Below are positions 52,740-64,000 of a stretch of 64,000 nucleotides of DNA, in pieces. This DNA comes from Amoebidium appalachense (taxonomy: Eukaryota; Protista; Ichthyosporea), in NCBI GenBank assembly GCA_963693365.1, contig CAVNZM010000006.1, forward strand, positions 4,939,264 through 5,003,263. The letters run 5' to 3'. The position numbers and the translations under genes were made by a program. A model generated the notes under the pieces. It was not told the DNA's origin. It was given only the letters and a program-made list of their open reading frames with translations, and searched no databases. How positions within the stretch are numbered: the stretch's first letter is position 1; the number at the start of each line of letters is the position of its first letter.

Positions 52740-53473
52740 GTTTGACCCATCATTGTTGGGTCTATACTGTGGCTGAGCAGCTGTCTCTCTCTGTCTGCCG
52801 GCATCCCCATGAAAGAGAGGAGGGACGGGGGGTGCTGTGTTGGTCCCACCATGCTGAGAAGGGCAAAAAAAAAAAAAAAAGAAGAAGATAAAATGTTAGT
52901 CTGGAAGAAACAAAAAATGGTGAGGAAAGGAAGCGCTATAAAGTAATTCTGGTAATGAAAGTAACCTCCCCCCCCCCCCCCCCCCCCCCCCCCCCACCAC
53001 ACACACACACACAGGGCACACGTACACCTGACACACAGATCACCTTCTTTCCGCCCCCCGCCCCCTTCTTTCCCCAAAACCCCACCATCACCACATGCGC
53101 ACAACCACAGACTCACTCCTTTCCCCCCTCACACACATTCATCTCCCTAAACCCCCTCATACACACACACACGAGAATCTATCCATCCCCCCCCCCCCCC
53201 CCCCCCCCCCACACACACACACCACCACCGCCACCACACACACACCCCCAAACCCCACCCCCACCCACAAAACCAAGAAAACCCTTGCTCTACCCATAGC
53301 ACAGACACACGAGTCACAGACATGCACAGACAACAATACGACATCCTTATTTTACACAAAAACTTTAGCACACATGTTTACATAACACAACCAAACTTAC
53401 ATGCAGACACAGGCCCAACCATGCATCGGCACCAGCATGCACTGGGCACACATGCACACATGGATGCATGTGC

Positions 53474-53512
<39 letters not shown>

Positions 53513-54082
53513 AACGCACACACACATGCATGTCTGCAGGAACACACGTGCACACATACAACTGGCGCACATGCGCAGTCGCATACATTTTGACACGTCT
53601 TTGGCTTCATATACACATACACACATAAACATATCCACAAGACACACCGCACGAGCGCACACGTGCACACATAGACACATCTCCACACCACACCCGGTCC
53701 CGCCCACACAACAACCCGTGTACCATCACTCAACCCCCCCCCCCCCCTCCGCCCGCCTACGTACCCCACCCCCTCCCCCCTCCCCCTCCCCCACACACAC
53801 ACAAAACCAACCCACCCACACCCACCCACACACACACATGCACACACACACACATCCCTATGCATCCAACACATTACAACCCCATCACCCCCCGGCAAGC
53901 ATCACCAACACTCACCTTCCAGCCCCAGCACCCCCTCCCGCCTGTGCCGTTTCAAGTGCGGGCGAGGCCAAGGGGCTGAATTCGTTCCCCACGTTTAACT
54001 GCCGCAGGCCATACATTACCTAGAAGGACATTGTTTTACATTAACAAACAATCTAATATGGCACGATGAGCGCAGGGCCCCC

Positions 54083-54118
<36 letters not shown>

Positions 54119-54386
54119 GGGGGGGGTTGAATGCATCATTAAGTACGAAGTACACATGAACAACAGATAACACGATGCAGAAAGAAAACCACACATAAAG
54201 AGTATGCATAATAAGCAGAGCCCATCATCAGGGGGGGGGCACGTCAACCACAGTACCCGGATTTCGACCCATTCACCTCGTCAACGAAACCCAACTCAGA
54301 TACTGTTTCACTTGAACATGGGTGGGTCACCCGTCTTGATCAGAGACGAGCAGGGTTACTTATGTGAGCAAGGGCAGTGGGAAAGG

Positions 54387-54421
<35 letters not shown>

Positions 54422-55029
54422 TGAATGCGTCAAAAAGTACGAAGTACACAAGAACAAACGGATAACACGATGCAGAATGCAAGCCATACATAAAGAGTAT
54501 GCATAATAAGCAGAGCCCATCCTCAGGGGGGGCCCACGTCATCCACAGTACCCGAGTTTCGACCTATTCCCCTCGTTAACGAAAAGGGAAAGATTCGTGG
54601 TGTTTTTTAGCAGGTAGTGCGAATGCTGTAGGTGTGTAAAACTTCACAGAAGCGGCAGTAACAGATAACACCAAAAAGCCAACACAATCTTAGAAAAAGG
54701 TGGGTGGGTGTACAAGAGAGCGAGGGGCGTGTGTGTGTGTGTGTGTGTGCGTGTGCGTGTGTGCGTGCATGCATGTGCGCCCGTGTGTGTGTGTGTGTGT
54801 TTGGGGAGGGGAGGGGAGGGGAGGTACGCACGAAGTTTTGCCCTGAGTTAGGTGGACTTCTTTGACACACGGGTGCGTTCACAAACAGCAACAAACCACC
54901 TACACACAAAACCGTTCACACAAAAACCACACGTGCTCACATAGCGAAACGTCCAAGCTCGCAACCAAAAATACAACTTGCTTAAGAACGTTATCACACA
55001 GTCCGCCCGACCCTTCTTGCTTGCTGCCG

Positions 55030-55078
<49 letters not shown>

Positions 55079-55481
55079 ACACCCCTCCTCCCTCCCCCCC
55101 AAAAAAGAAAGAAAAGATACGAAAAGGAGAAGAAGAAGAAGAAAGAAAGAAGAAAGACAGCAGAAGCTCACGAAGAAAGAAAGGAGCACACCTCACAAGC
55201 ACAAACAAAACGGAAAAACCTAAACTCACACTCACCGGTGTCATTTCACCCGGCACGGGTGTAATCGCCGTTGCATTTTGCATAGGCGTTGGCGCCTCTG
55301 TAGACGCCAAGAAATTGTTCTCTAGGCCTAACCCCTGCCCGGCATTTTGTCCCAACAGGTCGTGCGTAGACGTGGCATGTTGCCAGCTTGACTCGTGGTT
55401 CACACCAGGAGTGTCAAGCAAAAAAGAAAAATCCTCACCAAGAATGTCCGAATGGTCACCTAAAAGCTCAAAGTCTGCCAT
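46272..55481 (-). CDS. bHLH-leucine zipper transcription factor, Pho4/NUC-1/PalcA-like
   Basis: Eight phase-consistent exons: 55481-55236, 54019-53916, 52853-51625, 50994-50931, 48363-48270, 47597-47501, 46899-46809 and 46416-46272. Motifs FSPLASPAL, KSNYQAMLEGKG, basic/helix 1 RKNTHKYSEKKRRDDLKNGFFELMALVP, and helix 2/zipper SKAHIIRKTIDYMQHLKREKETLLQELDRL. The N-terminal half is Q/N-rich. Confidence 0.88.
48595..48879 (-). mobile_element. C-tailed retroposon, copy d (in a bHLH intron)
   Basis: About 270 nt from GGCCTTTCCCACTGCCC to ACGCATTCAAAC(n), homologous to 54120-54390 and 14233-14532. Confidence 0.8.
54120..54584 (-). mobile_element. Head-to-tail pair of C-tailed retroposons (copies e and f)
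   Basis: Copy f (54584-54391, 5'-truncated) ends in a long C tract that directly precedes copy e (54390-54120), which also ends TTCAAC(n). Confidence 0.8.
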
Positions 55482-56166
55482 TCTACATACACAGAATCTG
55501 ATTTCTTTTCCTATCAGATTCGCCTGTCTCCTCCGTTTTTCGTTACCTGCCGATGTTCTTCATATATGCGTTTCTGTGCAAGGAGAATGTGTGTTCCAGA
55601 CAGCTGCAACTGGTGCGGGTTTCAAAAGGTACCATGCGTTTTTGGTTCTGTCTCTAAACAAGCTTACGGTGGAGAGAAAGAGGAGCAACTTTTAAAGAAA
55701 CCGTGACAATAACGGTTAATCACGCACAAACGCACCAAAACTTGCCACGAATCATACTCGGCAAAAAAAAAAAAACGAACAGAACAGAGCTGTAATTGGC
55801 TTAAAGAAAAATAAGGTTACAATGGTTGAAGGTAGGCCACAAACCAGGAGTTGTAAGAAATAAATCTATCACTTTGAAATAGCAAATGCATTGTCATGTT
55901 TGAGAATAAAACAACCCTGTATCGATACATGCGCACGTTCACCCCCTGTGATCTGTGATCGGTGTGTGTACCGTGTGTTGCCGCCCGGCCAAACAAAGAT
56001 TAGGTCCAGTTTTAATGGGTTTTCTATCTACCAATCATCATTAACAAATAAATTGAGATCTAATCTTTAAAAATTCAATATTCGTTGATTGGATACTTAT
56101 CATGTTGCTGAACCTTTGCTTTTTGCTGTGAATAATCTTCCCCTTTGCAGTGCAACATATACACAA

Positions 56167-56427
56167 GGGGGGTTTACGCTGTTTACTCGAGGCAAAGAGA
56201 ACCAGTCTCAGGTATGGGGGGGGGGGGTTTTGCTCGGAATATCCCCTCAGCGGTATATCATGATCACGTACATAGATGTCGGGTGGTGACTATATATCAG
56301 GGTTTACTTTCTCTACGAGACACCATAAAGACTACAAGGAGAAATCAATTAGTTGGGGTTCCCCGTTTTTTTTTTTTTTTTTTTTTTTTTTAAAGGGGCT
56401 CCCCTCGGGACACTCGGTATCAGCTGG

Positions 56428-56482
<55 letters not shown>

Positions 56483-59033
56483 GTGTGTGTGTGTGCGCGT
56501 GCGCTATAATTTTGTAGTGATGTGTTTCTCAAGCCAATCAATACATCTAATAAACAGGTCGTAGTTACGCGTGTTTAGTATAAAATCAAGGATGTTGTAA
56601 TTTACAGGTAGGCTATCTTTCTGGGTGTCTGTTGTGAATGTGACGTGTGTGTGTTGCGGTATTATGTGGTCTATCAAACTACATTTGGCGATACATGACC
56701 GGTTAAACTGGTGTGTGTGTGTGTTGTTTGGGCATGCAAATGATGCCACCTTATACTTATTAGATCTCCACTGTATAGCACGTGTACAGTAAAAGCGTGG
56801 TAATTGATCAATAATACCATCAGCTAGAGAAAGACCAGTTCTACAGGAAGGTAATATGTATTTAGGTGTTATACACTTGCGAGTGCCATATTTGGCAATA
56901 TGGTTGAGGCGGTCAGTATATATAAAACGAGACATAAGGCTTAGTTTTTCAAGGTGTATGCTTTCATCGGGTCTAGTGTCGTGTGGTATCTTTTTCCATT
57001 TGTTATATTGCGTGATTATCTTGTGATTGTGTACATGTTTAATAAGTAAGTGGCAGTCCAAAGTCACACACACACTATTGCGGGGTTTATTTGTATTTGT
57101 GCCCAGGGGAGAAGGGGAGAGAGAGGGGAGGAAAGAGGGGAGAGGTGAGGAGGGGACAGGTCGGATAGAGAAGAGAGGGTGGGAGGGCAAATACTTCTTT
57201 AAGCGGCTTATGTGCTTATTGAATTTCAGCGCGAGATAGGATACTCTAGCAGCTATTGGGACCAGACCATATATCGAGAGCGTTACAGGCCCAGGTTTAC
57301 AACAGTTGTTAGATAGAAAGGAGGCAACTTCTGCTTCAAGGAAATTTGCCAAGGGTTTAAGCGCTCTAGTTCTCTCTTTCTTGATCCAAGCGGCGAGAAG
57401 GGGTAAACCATATTCACATGCCGGGAAGACAAAAGTGCGAATAAATGTAAGTCTAATAGAAGGATGGAGGGGTGTGTCTTTAAAAATATTAGCCGAGAAG
57501 AAAGCTAACCGCTTACGAGCCAACTCTACCCTCTTTTCGACCATATGGGGAAACATAACACCAACAGAATCAACCGGAACACCAAGATATTTGTATTCTG
57601 GAACTATAGGTACAGGTTTAGATGATAATGTAAATGTGTGTAAATTGTTAGCTATATCAGGTACAAGAACACCACATTTGTCTATGTTAAGGATCATAAG
57701 GTTTGCCTTGCACCACTCTGACACTACATCGAACAATCTTTGCAGGCGTCTAGGGGTACGGGCAAGGAGGGACAGATCATCAGCATAGAGAAGTGCAGGC
57801 GGAAAGTTATTAATAGGGTCATCGTTTACGGCGTAAATCTTGACAGCCAAATCATCTATAAATAGGTTAAACAAAAAGGGGCTAAGCAATGAACCCTGCA
57901 AGAGACCTCTAGTACGAGCAAAACCATATGAAAGATGCCCATTAACCACAGCTCTACCATAGGTTTGAGACAAGAGTGCTTCTAACAGAACACCAATGCA
58001 GTGTGGTACACCCCGTGCAGCAAGCTTTTCCCATAGGAGACCAGGGGAGACAGAATCGTAAGCAGTTTTCCAATCAATAAAGCCAACATATTGTGCACCA
58101 ACTTGCATAGAATCGTGCAGTGCCATTATTTGAACATAACATGAATTGTTTTTACGAAAAGCGGATTGGCATGGGTGTATGTGAAGAATAGATTGAAACC
58201 TAGGGTGATGTGCAAATAACCTAAGTAAGCAAGCTTCAAAGAATCTACGAACAACCTGGGTTAGTGTAATGGGGCGAAAGGATGATATGGGGCCCTCAGA
58301 GTCCTTCTTAACTATGGGGATCACTAAGGTATCTAACCAAGATGACGGGACATGTCCACATTTAACACACCAAGAAAAGAGAGAGCTTAACATGATAGTA
58401 AGATCAGGTTTAATAGCACGATCACTTTCCTTTTGTGGGTAGGAGGGAACAAGGATTTCAAGAAACCCAGCAGGGAGTCCATCAGGTCCACAAGACTTAC
58501 TAGAGCTATAACTAGATATCACAGACCATATGGCATCGGGACTGAAAAAGGGGAGGATCGATTCTATGGGGATAGATGGGTCTACAGGCCACACAATAGG
58601 TTTCTGAGCGGGGGTCCTATCTTTAAACAGTTCCGAGAAATACTTATCAGAGTCTATGAGGGGGTCTCCAGTGGTATCACCAATAATACGAGCAGGGGGG
58701 CCAAATCGATTCATACTAGCAAGCCGGCGCAAGCTTTCCTTTTGAGACAGGGGTTCACCTAGTCTAGCGGGAGTGGTGTTTGGTAACAAGAGAGCATCGG
58801 GGTATTCCTTCCTACCACCGCCAGCATAATCACCGAGATCTATCAAATCATCAACAATAAAGTTAGTGCATGTATCTAGTACGAGATGTGAATCTGGCCT
58901 GGCTTGTGCAGATTCTAATAGGCGCATATATATAGGGTGTTTCGTAGCATAGCATACACATACATCAACTCTACCCCACTGTGACTTAAGCTGGGATAGA
59001 CGGAGGCGAAAGGTGGGAGGGGGAGGGGGGAGC
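56167..59033 (-). mobile_element. 5'-truncated copy of the young LINE with an 8-bp TSD and a C6 tail
   Basis: The open RT frame 56504-59033 differs from the first copy at only two amino acids in the ORF track (FLKIL/FLEIL, YAEND/YAVND). The endonuclease domain is missing. TSD ATACACAA at 56159-56166 and 59034-59041. Confidence 0.95.
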
Positions 59034-61529
59034 ATACACAATGCATGTGTGGGTACAGTGCGGTACAGTTCACCTAAGCAAACAAGGTGTTAGTCATAAA
59101 CACCTATTCTAAAACAAGTCAACAGTATACAGGTCATAATGCGAAATTACTATTCATCCAGCAAAACTATCATGATGAGTCATAATGCAAAACCATGGTC
59201 ATGAAATTTATTAGCCATTCAAATGCAAAACTATAGTAACATGAAGGCGTGCAAAATCATAGTCATAACGCAAAGTCGCACTGCGCGGTTGGCTCTGTTT
59301 GTACACTGTTCGTCAAAGGTAGCGTGATGTGCGTGTGTGTGCGTGTGCGTGCATGTGTTAATAAACTCAGTGAAAAAAGCTGCGTGTGCGTGTTTGGTAT
59401 AGGGTGTGCAAAGATGAAAGTGCTTGTGTACGTGGTACGGCACATGTACACACGTACACTTCCATGACTGCTTGCCGTGTTAGTCCTCGCCGACACGGTG
59501 CTGAAGTGTGTGCATTCATGTAGTACGGCGCTGAAATAATATGCAGTAATCGGAGGAAGCGGCCAATAAAGTGCAACGATCCCCAACCTTGTGCCAAGAA
59601 CACGTGTATGTAGCACTCCATGTAAGAGGCCTTGTACATGTGCGTGCTGCTTTGGGCTTTTCTGCTTGTGTATGTACACATTGTGCTCTCATGTCTGCAC
59701 ACTGTAGCTCGCTGGTGTTCTCAGAGACTTGTTTTGGTGCGCTGTAAAGGACAAAATATTCGTCTGTAAGTTGGTGGGGATAGAACGTTGACAATAGTTT
59801 TGGTGATGCAAACTTACTCATCACCCACACCACTGATGAGGCAGTCCCCGCCCGCACCGACTGCGTCTCCTGCTCAATTTCTATCATTCTGGCAATTATG
59901 AACAGTTGCAGCAAGCCTGTTTAAAAGGAATTCATTAGCCACGAAAAATGGAAAGGGGAAAAGAAAGAAAAAAGATGCGACTTTCTGTCAACTCTGTGTG
60001 CGACCTTCGTTGATGATCCTCCAGCACAGGCTAGAGCTGCACAGTAAAGCTATAATGAGCCAAATGTTGTGCCAGGGTACAGTATACGTGCAAATAATAT
60101 ATGAGGCCTTACAGGCTCACTAGTGGTGTATTGGGCAAAAGGAAACTTGTGCGTGCTAAAAGGCTTGTCGCTCTAACTATATTAGTGTTTGCTAATAGAT
60201 GCAGCAAGGGTGCCTATCAGCTCGTACCTAGTAAGTGCTTAGATTTATGAGGTTTAGTGAGGCTGGGTTTCGAATCTACACCCCCTGGCTACAATGTAAA
60301 CAAGCTACGTCTACAATATTGAACAAGTCGAACATAAGCTGAAAAAGCCATGTGGCATTCCTGTTCAAACTTGTGACATAAGCCTTACGCTTCTTTTGCA
60401 TTCCATTGTTTGAACATCAAGTAACCATCGTACACCTGCTGAGCTTCGAGCAGTACGGACACACAGATAAAAGAATGAAATCCATGGCGTTTCGTTCTTT
60501 GACTGTGGTAGCTAGCTATTGAACGTTGTTTGGAGCTCCTTGCTCATGCACTACACACATTACCTACATGCATAACACGAACCATCCAAATCAGAAAGTG
60601 GCTGAAGGGCAGCCTGGTTCCTGCCACCTACTGAGATGGCTCCTTATTTTTCCTTACACATTCAGCGAACACTGGACTCTATCGAACTGTCGAGGCGCCG
60701 CGACAGAAAGCATGCACGCGGTCGCGAGAGTGTAGCGAACGTAAAGTTCATCGCAGCGCGTGCACACCGTCACTAGTACGTGTCACCTAGTTCTTACCAT
60801 TACTCCGTTGTTTGCGTTGCCCGATCATCAGAGTGTAATTTAAAATTTATACAGCAACCAATCACATGGTCTACGAAGTTTTTCGATATTGCCACGATAT
60901 CGCCGACGTGTCAGCACGGGAGCGAAAAGAAAAAGAAAACGCTGCCACACTGGTCTAAAAACAATGAGAAAACTTGAAAGATAACAACCCTAACATCGGT
61001 TTTTGGTACCCAATTCTACCTGTGTGGGCTTGTAATGGAAGGATATGGGCCCCAAAACGGTTGTTCACATGTGACACACTGGACCATGACAAACCGCACC
61101 AATATTGGCCAATCAGAGTCCAGGAAGACGCACCGTCTATCCTCCTAAACCTTCTTATGAAATTCATGCAATTTTACAGAAGGTTAACCTAATATATGCA
61201 ATTTAAAGATATATTGGTTATGATATTGCACATTTGAGCTTATATTGTGTTTATAGTTGCAACTAATATAACATAAAACAGTTTTAAAGCCAATAAATCT
61301 ACATTTTTGGTAACAAAAAACTTCTAAAGTTGGAATATTGGATGTGAAATTATAGCTGCACCCCCACCTGAAGTCTAATTTTCCCAGACGCCTACATACA
61401 ATAAAATGCCAGTGCACATCACATCCGTAACACAAAAACAAAACACGCCACACAAAGACACACTTGGCCACACTTTTCAAGACAACCATAACTTTTTTTC
61501 TTTTTTATTTCTCTGGTTTCCAAGTGAAG

Positions 61530-62033
61530 ATGTCGGGGAGAAACGGCTGGAATGTGGCCTCTTCGGACACTGCCAAGCGCACACGTAACCCCATCCGAGA
61601 GATTGTGGAGTCGATGAAGGTTGCTCCGAACAAGGAAAAGCCCATGATTGCCTTGTCCATCGGTAGGGCGTTTTATAAGGTGTACGCTCTTGCGTGTGCG
61701 TGTGCAGAACACTGTTCCTTTGTTGTGCTATTGTATGCTTGTCTTTGGTGGTGGTGGTTTAAGGGTGGGGTGGGTGGGGGTGGGGTGGGTAGGGGTGTTG
61801 GGTGGGTGTGGGGGTGGGTGGATGGGTGGGCTGATGGGTTGGGGTGGGTTGGGGTTGGGGTTGAGTGGTTGGAGTGGGTTTGGGGGGGAGGGGGGAAGGG
61901 GGGGGGGGGGGGGGGGGAGGGGAGGAGGGGAGGGGAGGCCGTAAGAACCATAAACCATGCCTGTGCCAGGAGGTGGGGGTTATCGAGCAACATACACATA
62001 GACAGAAGCTGTGATGAGTATGGTTTTGTAGGG

Positions 62034-62080
<47 letters not shown>

Positions 62081-62343
62081 TGTGTGCTCTGTGTGTGTGG
62101 TGTGTGCGCGTCTGTGCAGAGAGGGGGGGGGGGGGGAAGAAGCTCTTGGGGAGGATAGGAAAAAGTTACACAGGCGCCTCTCTTCTAACACTCCCCCTCC
62201 CCCCCCCCCCCCTCCCCCCTCCCCTCCCACAGGTGACCCCACCGTTTTTGGCAATCTTAAGCCTCCCCAGTGTGCCGTGGACTCCATGTGTGCCACCGTG
62301 CAGGGTGGAAAGTTCAACGGATATCTCAGCTCCCTCGGTATCT

Positions 62344-62389
<46 letters not shown>

Positions 62390-62640
62390 AAAAACCCCGC
62401 CTCCCCATCCTTCCCCCTCTCCCCCTCCCCCCCCCCCCCTTCACCGCCCCTCCCGCCCCTCCCCCCCCCCCCCCCCCCTTCGTCCCCGCTTGTTTACCCA
62501 CGCGGCCAACCATCGCAAGCAGCAAGCTACACTTTCTCTAGCACCACAAACAAAGCCATCACCAACGATATCCCCAAGCTCCCTCCCCCCCTCCCCCCTC
62601 TCTCTCTCCCCATCTTTTTCTCTCCCTACCTCTCTCCTCC

Positions 62641-62676
<36 letters not shown>

Positions 62677-63527
62677 CTGCCGCCACACACACACACACAC
62701 ACACACACATTCCTTTATGACTCTCCGATCCGTTCTCTCCCACCTTTGCCCGCCACCTGGCTCCACTCCTAATCGCCTCTCCTCCTTCCAAACCCCCTTT
62801 ATTTCTCAAAATATCAAATTTAAATTGACATACCTTGTGTCTTTGCAATACCTTCTTTCTTTGCGAACTGCTAGGTCTGCCTACACACCAACATTCAATA
62901 TTCCAATATTCGACAGCATGCCCCCCCCTCCCCCCCTGCCCCCGCAGCCACCCAACCCTCTACGCACCTCACTTCATCTTCCCCTTACTTGCTACGTAGC
63001 CATTCATTTCCTATTTTCATGATCCCCCCCCCCCCCCCCCCCCCCCCTCCGGGGTCCATTTGCATTGTCCCAACCACGCCTTCTCCCCCTCTCCCCCCCT
63101 TCCCCCGGTCCAGCGCCTTTCCTCCTTGGCTCCTCCTATCGAATCTCTCCATCGTCATTCTGTCGTCTTACACACATATCCTACCACCCCCCCCCCCCTC
63201 CCCCCCCCCCCCCCTCCCCCCTCCCCCCCCCCCCCCCCCCCCCCCGGGGTCCATTTGCAATGTCCCAACCACGCCTTCTCCCCCTCTCCCCCCCTTCCCC
63301 CGGTCCAGCGCCTTTCCTCCTTGGCTCCTCCTATCGAATCTCTCCATCGTCATTCTGTCGTCTTACACACATATCCTACCAACCATGGCAACAGTACCCC
63401 ATAATCATTCAAACCAAATATTGCCACGTGTTATAACGGTCGACTTGTTCTATTCTTAGGTGCCGAACCTGCACGTGATGCTGTTGCTCGGAAGTTCACC
63501 CACCCGGACGCTCCCGTTACAACCAAG
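61530..63527 (+). CDS. TAT: Tyrosine aminotransferase, exons 1-3 (continues beyond the window)
   Basis: Exons 61530-61662, 62233-62337 and 63460-63527 splice in phase to [56 protein letters not shown]...[33 protein letters not shown], which matches the animal-type TAT N-terminus (NPIR.IV...[12 protein letters not shown]). Confidence 0.9.
63049..63381. repeat. Tandem duplication of ~138 bp separated by a poly-C tract in TAT intron 2
   Basis: 63049-63186 and 63244-63381 differ at one position seen (GCATTGTC/GCAATGTC). Confidence 0.85.
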
Positions 63528-64000
63528 GTTTGAGCCCCCCCCCCCCCCCCCCCCCCCCCCTCCCCCCCCCCCCCCAACAAAAAACCACCACCACGACCAC
63601 CACCCCCATCCACAAAAAGAAAGCACATACACCACCACCCTCCCCATACACCCGCTTCCTCCCCACACATTCCCGGACTCGTGTTTTTGCTTACAACCCT
63701 CTGCCCCTGTGTGTTCTTTTCCGTCATTGAATGGGTCCTTCGTACTCTCTACCCCCCCCCCCCCCCCCCCCCTGTCTCTGTGCCCGTCTGGTCTGTCCAT
63801 GTGCTCCTTATGCTCCCCTGTTGTGCCTTGAACGTTCTTGGTCCTGCATCTCAACCCTCCCCCCTCCCCCCTCCCCCCTCCCCCCTCCCCCCCTCCCCTC
63901 CCTCCCCCCCCACCCCCACCCCCCCCCCCCCCCCGGCCCCCCCACACATACACCTCTCCCCTTCTCCCCCCCCCCCCCCCCAAACACACACACACACACG

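Noticed and set aside
59516-60050. Possible small minus-strand gene (ORF 59516-59914)
   Set aside because: No recognisable domain, and no consistent exon chain or start could be built.
60200-60295. tRNA-like sequence (GGGTTTCGAATC, B-box-like)
   Set aside because: No convincing cloverleaf or acceptor stem. At most a decayed tRNA-derived fragment.

Overview
This is eukaryotic genomic DNA with GT-AG introns packed with (CA)n/(GT)n, poly-C/poly-G and (GA)n tracts. By inference it comes from a unicellular opisthokont, plausibly an ichthyosporean-like holozoan; the sequence cannot prove this. Seven host genes can be reconstructed by hand: two divergently oriented class C (7tm_3) GPCR paralogs whose ectodomain resembles a bacterial ABC-type solute-binding protein (the second is damaged), a secreted S8 subtilisin with EGF repeats, a one-intron A-T-TE NRPS-like enzyme, an intronless MHS-type MFS transporter split by an LTR element, a Pho4/NUC-1-like bHLH-zip factor, and the 5' part of tyrosine aminotransferase. 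Mobile DNA includes a young single-ORF APE-RT non-LTR retrotransposon present as three insertions (full-length, 5'-truncated and an 18-nt stub). All three have 8-bp target-site duplications and end in oligo(C) rather than poly(A). There is also an older LINE fragment, a structured C-tailed non-coding retroposon (6 copies plus a fragment), a non-autonomous Gypsy-like LTR element and two MITE-like elements. Several frameshifts fall in or near homopolymers and may be sequencing errors. All family assignments come from motif recognition by eye, not from database searches.
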